In this document: positions 46,636-56,404 of the stretch, piece by piece
Layout: every line of letters begins with the position of its first letter
Position numbering within the stretch: the stretch's first letter is position 1
Source of the DNA: Minisyncoccota bacterium
GTDB taxonomy: Bacteria > Patescibacteriota > Minisyncoccia > Phycocordibacterales > CAJBRS01
Direction of reading: 5' to 3'
Length of the DNA stretch: 64,000 nt
NCBI GenBank assembly: GCA_017881075.1
Contig: JADGRH010000006.1
Span: forward strand, 48,154 to 112,153
Position numbers and translations under genes: made by a program
Notes under the pieces: model-generated
What the model was told of the DNA's origin: nothing
What the model saw: the letters and a program-made list of their open reading frames with translations, nothing else
Database searches by the model: none

Positions 46636-46800
46636 ATGCAAGACGATTTACAAAACGATTCCGCAGTGGCGGACCAAGATGATGCCGGCGTTGTCGCCGA
46701 CGACAATCTTGATCTCGAAACGGCGGAGCTCGATGAAGAGGAAAACGCCTATCTGGTCAACGATGACGAGATAAGTGAAGGATTCCAATTTCAAAGTTAA
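46636..46800 (+). CDS. small acidic protein (54 aa), below the ORF-track threshold
   Basis: ATG...TAA ORF encoding MQDDLQNDSAVADQDDAGVV...EEENAYLVNDDEISEGFQFQS. Followed 8 nt later by a strong terminator. Confidence 0.35.
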   Translation: MQDDLQNDSAVADQDDAGVVADDNLDLETAELDEEENAYLVNDDEISEGFQFQS

Positions 46801-46808
46801 AAAAGATG

Positions 46809-46836
46809 CCCCGCCGGAAGGCGGGGTTTCTTTTTT
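46809..46836 (+). terminator. rho-independent terminator CCCCGCC-GGAA-GGCGGGG plus T-run
   Basis: 7-bp GC stem, GNRA-like loop, then TTTCTTTTTT. Confidence 0.65.
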
Positions 46837-46937
46837 AACACCCCCTCCTTAGATAAGGAGGGGGCAGGGGGTGGTCTGAGATCAATTAGTCTTCAACCAC
46901 CCCTCAATCCCCTCCTCATCTGAGGAGGGGAGGAAGA

Positions 46938-48155
46938 CTACTCAACATTAACTCTCAGAAATCTTTTCTTGCCGATTTTAAAGTCGGTGGTAGTTTCAAT
47001 TTTAAAATCTTTATCTTTTATTTTTTCCTCACTACCTATTACCGAAACAGCTCCTTCGGCTACTAAGCGACTAAATTCCGTCTTTGATTTGACAAGACCT
47101 TGACGAAGTAAAACGTCCCCTAATTTCTGACCTTTTTTAATCTTGACAATTTCTATTTCCAGCGGAGCTTCTCTTTTTTGGAATGCAGCGGAAAAAGCGG
47201 CAGTAGCTTTTTCCGCTGCATTCTCCCCATGATAAATTTTTACAATTTCTTTCGCTAGTCGAACTTTCAGCTCTTTCGGATTAACTCCCCTTTTTAAATC
47301 TTTTTCCATTTGTTTAACCTGCTTCATTGATAGATCGGTGCAGAGTTCAAAACCTGAAATAATCATTTCATCTGTCCAGCTCATCACCTTGCCGAACATT
47401 TCATTTGAACTGTCAGAAAGAGTTATCATATTGCCTTCTGTCTTGCCCATCTTTCGGCCGCTGCTGTCAGTCAGTAGTTTCATGGCAATGATAATCTTTT
47501 CCTTATTCTTGATTTGTTTCAAAAGTTGACGACCAACAAGCATGTTGAAGGTCTGATCGTTTCCACCAATCTCACCATCCACTTCCATAGCAACACCATC
47601 GTAACCGTGGAAAAGTGGGTAAAGAAATTCATGAATAAAAATCGGTCGAGCATTCTTAATTCTATCCTCAAACATGTCGCGCTTCAGCATCTGCTCCACT
47701 GTCATGTGGGAGAGTAGTTTCATCACTTCAGAAAGGTTCATTTTAGAAAGCCATTCGGAATTGTATCGAATCAAGGCGGCGCCTTTGCCCGAAAAATTCA
47801 AAAACGCCACCGCTTGTTTTTTGTAATTCTTAAAATTCCTAGCTACTTCAGCCACCGAGAGTGATTTTCTGGTAGCGTCTTTACCGGTCGGATCGCCAAT
47901 GGTGGCAGTGAAATCACCAATTAAAAGCACCACTTTATGGCCAAGCTTCTGCAGTTCGGCAAGTTTTCTCAAATTAATAGCGTGGCCCAAATGAAGCGAT
48001 GGGCCGGTCGGATCAATTCCTAGGTAAAAAGAAAGCTTCTTTCCGGATTTTAAGAGCTTCTCGGCAAATTCTTTATTAGGAAAGACATTTTCTACCCCCC
48101 GATTCAATATTTCCTTTAGGATATCTTCCTTCATATTAATAAATCTAGCATACAC
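46938..48155 (-). CDS. tyrS: tyrosine--tRNA ligase
   Basis: HIGH-type motif (LHLGHA), KMGKT (KMSKS) motif, C-terminal S4-like domain; 405 aa. Confidence 0.95.
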   Translation of the reverse strand: MYARFINMKEDILKEILNRGVENVFPNKEFAEKLLKSGKKLSFYLGIDPTGPSLHLGHAINLRKLAELQKLGHKVVLLIGDFTATIGDPTGKDATRKSLSVAEVARNFKNYKKQAVAFLNFSGKGAALIRYNSEWLSKMNLSEVMKLLSHMTVEQMLKRDMFEDRIKNARPIFIHEFLYPLFHGYDGVAMEVDGEIGGNDQTFNMLVGRQLLKQIKNKEKIIIAMKLLTDSSGRKMGKTEGNMITLSDSSNEMFGKVMSWTDEMIISGFELCTDLSMKQVKQMEKDLKRGVNPKELKVRLAKEIVKIYHGENAAEKATAAFSAAFQKREAPLEIEIVKIKKGQKLGDVLLRQGLVKSKTEFSRLVAEGAVSVIGSEEKIKDKDFKIETTTDFKIGKKRFLRVNVE

Positions 48156-48187
48156 GCCCCTATTTTGATACCATTTGAATACTATAT

Positions 48188-50761
48188 ATGTGGTATCAAT
48201 TCTTTAAATCCGTCAGGAGAGAGATTTTGTCTTTATCCAAAACTTTTCGCCAATTGGGAGGCAAATTAAAAAATTGGAAAGTGATCCGGGACGGTTTGAT
48301 AATTTTGGTGATCTTATTCCTGATAGCTGTGGGTGCTATTTTGCTTTGGTCTTCTTTCCTTCAAATACCAGACTTGAATTCTTTTGATCAAAAACTGATC
48401 AGCCAGTCCACCCAGATCTACGATCGCACCGGTAAAATTCTACTTTATGATCTCGGTCATGAGGTCAGAAGAACGGTGGTACCGTTTGATCAAATCTCGC
48501 CAAATATTAAAAATGCCACCGTCGCCATTGAGGATGCTGAATTTTATACTCACAAAGGAATTCGACCCACTTCCATTATTCGAGCCATTCTTTATGACAT
48601 TCTTCATTTCGGCATCAACCCTCAAGGCGGCTCAACTATCACCCAACAAGTCATTAAAAATTCCCTCTTAACCAATAATAGAAGTATCACCAGAAAGATA
48701 AAGGAGTGGATTTTGGCCATCAAACTTGAACAGCAGGCCGATAAAGATACCATTCTTAATCTTTATTTAAATCTTATTCCTTACGGAGGTAACATCTACG
48801 GCATTGAGGAAGCAAGCCAGACTTATTTCGGCAAACATTCTATAGATTTGACTCTAACTGAGTCGGCCTATCTCGCCGCCATGACTCAAGCACCGAGCTA
48901 CTACTCTCCTTATGGTGCTCACCGTGAGGCCCTGGAAGTCAGAAAGAATCTGGTATTAGAAAAAATGTTGGAGAATCATTTTATTACCCAGAAGCAACAT
49001 GATCAGGCTATGACCGAGCAAGCTACTTTTCTTTCTCAGCCTACAAATAGCATAAAGGCTCCACATTTTTCCATGTTCATTGAACAATATTTGGAAGACA
49101 AATACGGTGTCGATGTGGTGGCGCAAAGCGGTTTGAAAGTTATTACTACTTTGGACTACGTCATGCAGCAAAAAGCGGAGGATATTGTCAGTAAATACGT
49201 AAAAGACCACGCTAAAAGTTTCAAAGCAAGTAATGGTGCCCTGGTTGCCATAGATCCAAAAAGTGGTCAGATCCTAACTATGGTAGGATCGCGAGATTAT
49301 TTTGATAAAGATATTGATGGGAATTTTAATGTTGCCACCGCTCACCGCCAGCCGGGTTCTTCATTCAAACCGTTTGTTTACTCCACCGCTTTTGATAAAG
49401 GCTACACTCCCGACACAGTTGTCTTCGATGTTAATACTGAATTTTCGGTTAATTGTAGTGTTGATAGCGTTCCTAATTTCCCTGGTGCCCAATGTTATAA
49501 TCCACAAAATTATGAGGGTGGTTATCAAGGGCCAATGACTTTACGCAAAGCTCTCGGACAATCCAGAAATATTCCCGGGGTAAAAGTTTTATATTTGGCC
49601 GGAGTGAAAGAGTCGCTTAATACGGCGCACGCCATGGGTATTCAGAGTTTAAACGGATCACCAAATCAATATGGTCTTACTTTAGTGCTTGGAGGCGGAG
49701 AAGTCTCGCCACTTGATATGGCGGAGGCTTACGGAGTCTTTGCTAATAACGGGGCCCGAAATCCGGAAACAGGAATTTTAAGTGTTATTGATCGAGATGG
49801 AAAAGTTTTGGAAGAATTCGCCACTAGCACGACTCAAGCTATTCCAGAACAATCGGCGTTGCTTATTAATGACATTCTGTCGGATACCGGTGCTCGCACT
49901 CAAATTTTTCCGCCAAGTTATTTTGGCACTAGAAAAGTGGCTATGAAAACTGGAACTACTAACGATTCCCGAGATGCGTGGGTCATTGGTTACACTCCGG
50001 ATATCGCCGTCAGTGCCTGGATGGGAAATAATGATAACAGCCCGATGGTCCAAAAAGCTTCCGCTTTGATTGTGGCGCCGATGTGGAAACAATTCATGGA
50101 TGCTATTTTACCCGACCTGTCTGATACTCCGTTTAAAGCCCCGTCTCCGATTGATGAGTCTAGTATGAAACCAGTTTTGCGTGGTGTATGGCAGGGAGGA
50201 GTAGCTTACACCACTGACAAGACTACAGGTGGTATTGCTACCGAACTCACGCCGCCTGAACTCCGTCAAGATGTTTACAATTATAATGTCCATGAAATCC
50301 TTTATTGGTTAAATAAAGATGACCCACAAGGGCCGCCGCCCGAGAACCCCGCTCTTGACCCCCAATTTGAGCATTGGGAGATACCTGTGGAACGGTGGGC
50401 AGCGACCCAAGGCTATAGTAGTCTGATCTCCTCAAGTAGTGCTCCAAGTGTCTTTGATACAGCTCACACGCCCGAGTCAGCTCCGAAAATTTCTATCACC
50501 AATCCTAATGCCGGTCGCTCTTATTCCAGGTCAGACTCTTTAATTATCACCATTAACAATCAAGGGTTATTTCCTCTTTCAAAAGTGGACTACTTTGTGA
50601 ATGGATCATATATCGGCTCTGCCGACCGAGCTCCTTTTAGTTTCACCTTCACTCCTGAGGCTGTTTCCAACTTGAAAGAAGTGAATGAGTTACGAGCTGA
50701 AGCTTACGATAATGTTTTAAATAAAGGAGAAGCTTCAGTTTTGTTTAAGATAAGTCTTTAA
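48188..50761 (+). CDS. penicillin-binding protein 1A (bifunctional glycosyltransferase/transpeptidase) with C-terminal extension
   Basis: GT51 motifs (AIEDAEFYTHKGI, GGSTITQQV), transpeptidase SxxK (SSFKP), SxN and KTG (KTGTT) motifs; 857 aa. Confidence 0.9.
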   Translation: MWYQFFKSVRREILSLSKTFRQLGGKLKNWKVIRDGLIILVILFLIAVGAILLWSSFLQIPDLNSFDQKLISQSTQIYDRTGKILLYDLGHEVRRTVVPFDQISPNIKNATVAIEDAEFYTHKGIRPTSIIRAILYDILHFGINPQGGSTITQQVIKNSLLTNNRSITRKIKEWILAIKLEQQADKDTILNLYLNLIPYGGNIYGIEEASQTYFGKHSIDLTLTESAYLAAMTQAPSYYSPYGAHREALEVRKNLVLEKMLENHFITQKQHDQAMTEQATFLSQPTNSIKAPHFSMFIEQYLEDKYGVDVVAQSGLKVITTLDYVMQQKAEDIVSKYVKDHAKSFKASNGALVAIDPKSGQILTMVGSRDYFDKDIDGNFNVATAHRQPGSSFKPFVYSTAFDKGYTPDTVVFDVNTEFSVNCSVDSVPNFPGAQCYNPQNYEGGYQGPMTLRKALGQSRNIPGVKVLYLAGVKESLNTAHAMGIQSLNGSPNQYGLTLVLGGGEVSPLDMAEAYGVFANNGARNPETGILSVIDRDGKVLEEFATSTTQAIPEQSALLINDILSDTGARTQIFPPSYFGTRKVAMKTGTTNDSRDAWVIGYTPDIAVSAWMGNNDNSPMVQKASALIVAPMWKQFMDAILPDLSDTPFKAPSPIDESSMKPVLRGVWQGGVAYTTDKTTGGIATELTPPELRQDVYNYNVHEILYWLNKDDPQGPPPENPALDPQFEHWEIPVERWAATQGYSSLISSSSAPSVFDTAHTPESAPKISITNPNAGRSYSRSDSLIITINNQGLFPLSKVDYFVNGSYIGSADRAPFSFTFTPEAVSNLKEVNELRAEAYDNVLNKGEASVLFKISL

Positions 50762-51012
50762 AGGATTTTTTTGATCTTAAAATTGGGTAATTTTTCTTTT
50801 AATTCTTGAAGGATTTTTTCTTGTTGTAGAAAAATTTCATTTTTAACATAGCTGTCTGCTTTAATAAAGAGGATGCCACCATGTAATTCTAATTGTTTTT
50901 TATTCAGTAACAATCCTGTAGATTCGACAATTTGTTTCAGTAAGATTTCTTTCTTTGCATCCGGGTGTTCAAGGTTTTTAAATTTTAAAAGAAGCTCGGA
51001 GATTTTTTTCAT
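50758..51012 (-). CDS. DUF721-like small protein downstream of dnaN
   Basis: 84 aa, Lys/Glu-rich. Sits in the conserved position after dnaN. Confidence 0.5.
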   Translation of the reverse strand: MKKISELLLKFKNLEHPDAKKEILLKQIVESTGLLLNKKQLELHGGILFIKADSYVKNEIFLQQEKILQELKEKLPNFKIKKIL

Positions 51013-51023
51013 CTTCTCTCTTT

Positions 51024-52124
51024 TTATTTATTCATTGGGCTCACCAAGTAGAGGAAAGACTTATCATTGACCCCTCTTAGCACTAATGGTTTGCCGGCCC
51101 CATTAAAACTTAATGAGACACTATCTGCTTCTATTGATTGAAAAGAGTCGTTAATATATTTATAATTAAAACTAATTTCAATATCTTCTCCAGAAAGAGC
51201 CGCTTCTAATTTATCTTGATTTTCTCCTACTTCACCATTTTTAGTACTTAACTCAAAAATTTTTTGCTTTGCTGATATCTTCATACTAATTTGATTGAAG
51301 TTATCTGAAAAAATATTAGCCACTTTTAAAGAGTTGATTAAATCTTGTTTCAAAACCACTACTTCGGTAGTTGCTTCTTTAGGAAGAATTTGTTTGTAAT
51401 CAGGAAAGATGCCGTCAATGACCCGGGAAATTAGTCGAATACTATTAACTTCGAAAGAGATTTGGTTTTTACTTAAAAAAACATTTATCTCTCCTTCAGC
51501 TTGTTCTAAGGTCCTGATAATCTCGGGGATGTTTTTAAACGGGATAAGAATTTGGGAAAAATCTTTTTTTTGTTTTACTTTAATTTTTTTTTCAGCTAAA
51601 CGAAAGGAATCGGTGGCCACAAAAACTACCGAGTCGTTGTCTGGGTAGACAAAAATACTGGAGAGTTCTGGTTTCATACTAGAAATAGACGAGCTATACC
51701 AAACAGATTTAAAACCATTTATAAGATCTTTACTATTAAAAGTGAGTTTTTTAGCCCCAGATACCTCAGGGATGCCGGGGAAATCTTCGTGTGGATAACT
51801 TTTTATTAAGGTTTTGTTTCTTTTGGTAGAAATTTGGAGGTTATTGTTTTTAGTCTCTAAAATAATATTTTTCTCTCCTTGTAAACTAGTAATTAGGGTA
51901 TTTAGGGTATTACCCGGAACAGCAACTATTCCAACTTCTTCAGTTTTCACTGGTAAGGTTATTTCAATACCTAAATCAAGGTTGGTTGCTTTTATAACAA
52001 GAAGATTGTCTTTAGCTTCCAATAAAACACACTTAAGAACCGGGAGAGTGGTGTTTCGGGAGGTGATTTTTTCCGCTAAAGAAATAGCGGTGGTAATTTT
52101 TTCTTTTAAACACTCAACTTTCAT
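51024..52124 (-). CDS. dnaN: DNA polymerase III beta sliding clamp
   Basis: Three-domain beta-clamp architecture, 366 aa, directly downstream of dnaA. Confidence 0.9.
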   Translation of the reverse strand: MKVECLKEKITTAISLAEKITSRNTTLPVLKCVLLEAKDNLLVIKATNLDLGIEITLPVKTEEVGIVAVPGNTLNTLITSLQGEKNIILETKNNNLQISTKRNKTLIKSYPHEDFPGIPEVSGAKKLTFNSKDLINGFKSVWYSSSISSMKPELSSIFVYPDNDSVVFVATDSFRLAEKKIKVKQKKDFSQILIPFKNIPEIIRTLEQAEGEINVFLSKNQISFEVNSIRLISRVIDGIFPDYKQILPKEATTEVVVLKQDLINSLKVANIFSDNFNQISMKISAKQKIFELSTKNGEVGENQDKLEAALSGEDIEISFNYKYINDSFQSIEADSVSLSFNGAGKPLVLRGVNDKSFLYLVSPMNK

Positions 52125-52279
52125 TTTATTTATTTAATAACTATTATAATTTTATATATAAATACTTACTATTATATTTAAGGCTGTGGATTTGTGGATA
52201 AAAATATTTAACTATATTCTTAGGTTCTTTTTAGCTTTGGGTGATTGATAAATTGTGGACAAGTGTTTAATAAAAATTT
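52125..52279. promoter_or_regulatory. AT-rich dnaA-dnaN intergenic region with DnaA boxes (candidate oriC segment)
   Basis: TGTGGATAA (52194-52202, perfect reverse complement of TTATCCACA) and TGTGGACAA (52254-52262). Region GC content is very low. The 16-mer tgataaattgtggacaa recurs upstream of dnaA at 53706-53722. Confidence 0.55.
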
Positions 52280-53614
52280 TTAAATAAGGGCTTTTATTTG
52301 GGTAAGCTCCTGAACCAATAAGTTATCCACTTTTAATTCATTCTTTATCTTCTCACAAGAATGAATAACTGTAGTGTGGTCTCTTCCCCCAAGCTTCTGG
52401 CCGATTGATGGGTAGGAAACATTAAACTCTTCCCGTAGAATATACATTGCTAATTGTCTTGGCCTTACCACTTCCTTACGGCGAGTTTTATCATAAATAC
52501 TATCTTCTTCAATGTTGTAAAAACCAGCCACAATTTTTACCACCTCCTTTACTGAAAGATTTTTAATCGGCTTAGCGCTATTTTTCAATAAAGTTTTAAT
52601 CTCCACTAAACTCAATTCCCTACCTCGCACCTGAGATTGATGCATTAAAGAATTCAAAAGTCCTTCCAATTCGCGGATATTTCCTTCAACTGAAGAAGCT
52701 AAATAGTCGGCCACTTCCCTGGGTAGGGTAAAATTATGGGCCCGGCTTTTAGTCTGAAGAATAGCAACCCTTGACTCTTGGTCTGGAGCCGGAATATCAA
52801 CCATCATGCCTGCCACACACCTTGATTTCAGGCGCTCTTCTAGTCCGGGAATAAAATTAGGATGTTTATCAGAAGAAAAAACCAACTGCTTATTATTATC
52901 GTAAAGGTAATTAAAAAGATGGAAAAGCTCCTCCTGACTCTTCTCTTTATTTGAGAGGAATTGAACATCATCCATAATCAAACAGTCATACTTTCGGTAT
53001 TTATCCTTAAAATTCTTCATTTTATTACTCTGAATGCAATTAACTAGATCTTGAGAGAATTTTTCCGAGGTAACGTAATAAATCTTTTTACCACTCTGCC
53101 CTTTCATTTGGTTGCCAATAGCCTGCATTAAGTGAGTTTTACCAAGACCAGTATTGCCGTAGATAAAAAGTGGATTATAAGCAACTGGTTTCTTGATAAT
53201 AGCTTGGGCCGCAGCGTGAGCCAGCTCATTAAAAGGTCCCACCACAAAAGAGTCAAAAGTATATCGAGGGTTTAAATTATCTTCAGGGTTAATATATAGA
53301 TCGGAAAGAGGAAGTTCTTGAGTGGGCATGTGACCGGAGAAAACCGGCGCCTCCTTTGGGGCCTGACTAGCAGAAATAACATATTCAATAGAGCGGACAT
53401 TTTCTTGAAGCTCTCGCAAAATCTTCAACATAGTCTTATGGAACTTGTCGGAGAGCCAGTCTTTAACGAATGGGTTTGGCACCGAAAGAGTAATAATCCC
53501 CTCTTCTTGTTTTAGAACGTAGGTTGGTTTAAACCAAACATTAAAGTTACCTTTTGAAACTAAAAGCTCCACTCGAGCCAGTACTGAATCCCAGAGTTTT
53601 TTATTATCCAACAT
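52280..53614 (-). CDS. dnaA: chromosomal replication initiator protein DnaA
   Basis: AAA+ Walker A GNTGLGKTHLMQAIGN, Walker B, and a C-terminal DNA-binding domain; 444 aa. Confidence 0.95.
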   Translation of the reverse strand: MLDNKKLWDSVLARVELLVSKGNFNVWFKPTYVLKQEEGIITLSVPNPFVKDWLSDKFHKTMLKILRELQENVRSIEYVISASQAPKEAPVFSGHMPTQELPLSDLYINPEDNLNPRYTFDSFVVGPFNELAHAAAQAIIKKPVAYNPLFIYGNTGLGKTHLMQAIGNQMKGQSGKKIYYVTSEKFSQDLVNCIQSNKMKNFKDKYRKYDCLIMDDVQFLSNKEKSQEELFHLFNYLYDNNKQLVFSSDKHPNFIPGLEERLKSRCVAGMMVDIPAPDQESRVAILQTKSRAHNFTLPREVADYLASSVEGNIRELEGLLNSLMHQSQVRGRELSLVEIKTLLKNSAKPIKNLSVKEVVKIVAGFYNIEEDSIYDKTRRKEVVRPRQLAMYILREEFNVSYPSIGQKLGGRDHTTVIHSCEKIKNELKVDNLLVQELTQIKALI

Positions 53615-53800
53615 AACTTAAAGTTTAGATAAAGATATGATAAAAGTTTTCTTATTATATACTTCTAGCCCAAATTGCAACCTTGTTTAAAGTTTATAAC
53701 CATGTTGATAAATTGTGGACAACTCATCATGCCGAAATAGGCTTCATGTGTCAATGAAGAAAATTTTAGCCAAAATTGAATTTTAATGTATAATTTAATC

Positions 53801-53935
53801 ATGTCTATCACATATAAACCAAAAAAGAGAAAAAGAGCTCGAAGTCACGGATTTTTGAAGAGACAAAGAAGCAAAACTGGCCGAAGAGTTATAAAAAAAA
53901 GAAGACAAAAAGGCCGAAAGCGCTTGTCGGTTTAA
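53801..53935 (+). CDS. rpmH: 50S ribosomal protein L34
   Basis: 44-aa [47 protein letters not shown]. Not in the ORF track (under 60 aa). Confidence 0.85.
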   Translation: MSITYKPKKRKRARSHGFLKRQRSKTGRRVIKKRRQKGRKRLSV

Positions 53936-53948
53936 ATCCCCTTTCAAA

Positions 53949-54164
53949 ATGTCTGCTCCGAAGCCGATAGTGATCGTTTCTAAAAAATCTTATCGAAGAG
54001 CTGTTGATCGAAATAAATTAAAAAGAAGACTACGAGTTATTCTTGGAAAATTAAAACAAAACCGTCGAACTCCAATTATTTTTGTGGCCAAAAAAGGAGA
54101 CCTGGAACTTTCTTTTGTAGATTTAGAAAAAAAAGTCAACATGTTGTTGCAAAAAATCAAATAA
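53949..54164 (+). CDS. rnpA: ribonuclease P protein component (unusually short)
   Basis: IVIVSKKSYRRAVDRNKLKRRLRVIL matches the RnpA RNR-motif region. Only 71 aa; the usual N-terminal 40 aa are absent. Sits between rpmH and yidC, as is conserved. Confidence 0.6.
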   Translation: MSAPKPIVIVSKKSYRRAVDRNKLKRRLRVILGKLKQNRRTPIIFVAKKGDLELSFVDLEKKVNMLLQKIK

Positions 54165-54179
54165 GATACTATAAATCCA

Positions 54180-54905
54180 ATGATTGAACACTTCTTTAAA
54201 CCTCTTTTTTATACCCCGCTCTACAACGGACTAATTTTTTTAATTTCCGTTTTACCGGGAGCCAACGTTGGCTTAGCGGTAATTATTTTTACCATCTTAG
54301 TGAAATTAGTTTTGTACCCCCTGACCAAAAGCTCCGTTATCACTCAAGCCAAAATGAAGAAACTTGAGCCGGAACTGGCGGCTTTACGCAAGAAATATGA
54401 AAAAGATAAACAGGAGCAAGCAAAACAAGTCATGGCATTTTACAAAGAAAATAATGTCAATCCTTTCTCCGGTATATGGCTTCTTTTAATCCAAACCCCC
54501 ATTATTTTAAGCCTTTATTACATCTTTTTGAGGGGGGGTCTACCAAACATCAGCACCGATCTGCTTTATCCTTTCATTCATGTTCCGGCGGCCATAAGTA
54601 TGCATTTCTTGGGAATGGATATGGGCAAGCCAAGCATTATCTTGGGAGCTATAGCAGCAATAACTCAATTTTTTCAAATCAGACTTTCAGTGCCAGCTTA
54701 TAAAAAACCGGAGGGTAATGAGCCGGCCTCATTTAAAAATGATCTGGCTCGTAGTATGAATATGCAATTTCGATACGTTCTGCCGATTTTTATTTTTATT
54801 ATCGCCTTGAAAGTTTCCGGTGCTGTCGCTCTCTACTGGATCACCAGCAATCTTTTTATTATCGGACAGGAACTAATCGTCAGAAAAAAGTTTAAGAAGG
54901 GTTAA
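54180..54905 (+). CDS. yidC: membrane protein insertase YidC/Oxa1 family (short form)
   Basis: Five TM helices with a conserved LYPF / NPFSGIWLLLIQ-like core; 241 aa. Confidence 0.85.
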   Translation: MIEHFFKPLFYTPLYNGLIFLISVLPGANVGLAVIIFTILVKLVLYPLTKSSVITQAKMKKLEPELAALRKKYEKDKQEQAKQVMAFYKENNVNPFSGIWLLLIQTPIILSLYYIFLRGGLPNISTDLLYPFIHVPAAISMHFLGMDMGKPSIILGAIAAITQFFQIRLSVPAYKKPEGNEPASFKNDLARSMNMQFRYVLPIFIFIIALKVSGAVALYWITSNLFIIGQELIVRKKFKKG

Positions 54906-56404
54906 CGTAAAATCGTACTTCTCACTGAAGTAGAGGTGGTAGCAGTAGTTGTGGCCGTTGAAGTTGCTGTGGTACTTGTCGACGTTAATGGAGCGGGTGG
55001 CACAGGCGGAGTGATCAAAAGATTCCACAAAGTAAGATCTTTTTTGTTGGTGAACATCAGATAATTTTCATTTGGGTCAAGTGTGAGGTTGGTTGCATCC
55101 ATACTTACTCTGGTTAACTGATTTGGTTGAGCAACCAAAGTCCTGTCTCCTGTTCTTACATTTATCTTCCAAATATTATCCGTAAAAGAAACTGCTCCCT
55201 GATACCAAACATCAGGATAGCTTCCTGATGGAACAGCTAAAGGCACAGCGCAATAGACGACAGCTGTCATTTTTTCGCTCCAGATACATTTTTCAGGAAG
55301 AGTTTTGAGGGAAACTCCCGAGCTTAGACCATTGGCTGGAGTATAGACGTTCAAACTAAAGTTAGAACCATTATTAGCCGAATAAAGGATGGAGGTTAGA
55401 TCCGGAGAAGGCAAAACAGTCAGTCCGGCCACATTTCCAAAAATTTTAGTGAATGTCCCGGCATTAACATTGAGAGAAAAAAGATAACCAGCCACTCCTC
55501 CCGAAGGCTTGGTGGTGAGAAAGATTGTATTAGTACCTGACCAATTAACCAACCATTCTTTAAGAGGATTGGTAAATATTTGTTTTTTTGAGGTGTTGTC
55601 GGGAAGGGCAATTACTCCAGTTGATCCCAGAGCAGTATTTTGCAGATAAAAAATTCGATCTTTTGCCGGCGAAATGGCTAAACTAAACAGATTTGGAGGT
55701 AAAATCGATCCAACCAATTGATATGTTGTGGTTGAGGTAGCTATGACAGCAGGTGTCGATGTCGCCTTGGTTGAAGTAGCTTGCCCCGAGCTTGTCGAGG
55801 GGCTAGTGGTTGCAACTTTAGGCAAGACTAAATTAGCATAATAAGTTTCAATAGTGTTTTCATCAGTGTCTAAATAACGATAGAGGATAGCAGTACCCCC
55901 CTTAACAAATGAAGCGTCATATATTTTAGGAATAGTTGTATTTGAAATTTCTATACTACTTAAAACTTCCGGCTTGGTTTCAAAAATGTGTCCGGTGGCA
56001 CGTTCAACATAACGAATGAAGGTTGTTGGAACCAAAATAGTTTTTAAAACTCCTTTAGTTAATGTGCTGGTGGCGACAACTCTACTCATAAAAGTTGCGC
56101 CAGCAGTTGGAGTATTAGAAACCTGACGCAAGCGTGGAATAGTCACGGACTCTCCATTGTCTGCTTGGATATTTACGGTAGGAGAAGTGGTAGTTCCTGC
56201 TGTTCCGGAATTATTATTAGTGCCTCGAAAGATAGAAAAGAAACCGCCGAAAGGATTACTTTGAGCTCCTCCATTTCCAGCAAGTTTATTAGAGCCGAGT
56301 GATAGGTACCCAATCACTAGAATAACAAGGAGGAGAATACAGACGCAGGCTATAATTGTGTAGAGTATTTTTCGCGACATATCTATTGATGACAAGTGGA
56401 ACAA
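54902..56404 (-). CDS. secreted/anchored Thr/Ser-rich beta-rich protein
   Basis: N-terminal TM anchor, Thr-rich linkers (TSTSTTATSTATTTATTSTS) and repeated beta-strand segments. Adjacent to the T4SS-like genes. Confidence 0.45.
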   Translation of the reverse strand: MFHLSSIDMSRKILYTIIACVCILLLVILVIGYLSLGSNKLAGNGGAQSNPFGGFFSIFRGTNNNSGTAGTTTSPTVNIQADNGESVTIPRLRQVSNTPTAGATFMSRVVATSTLTKGVLKTILVPTTFIRYVERATGHIFETKPEVLSSIEISNTTIPKIYDASFVKGGTAILYRYLDTDENTIETYYANLVLPKVATTSPSTSSGQATSTKATSTPAVIATSTTTYQLVGSILPPNLFSLAISPAKDRIFYLQNTALGSTGVIALPDNTSKKQIFTNPLKEWLVNWSGTNTIFLTTKPSGGVAGYLFSLNVNAGTFTKIFGNVAGLTVLPSPDLTSILYSANNGSNFSLNVYTPANGLSSGVSLKTLPEKCIWSEKMTAVVYCAVPLAVPSGSYPDVWYQGAVSFTDNIWKINVRTGDRTLVAQPNQLTRVSMDATNLTLDPNENYLMFTNKKDLTLWNLLITPPVPPAPLTSTSTTATSTATTTATTSTSVRSTILR

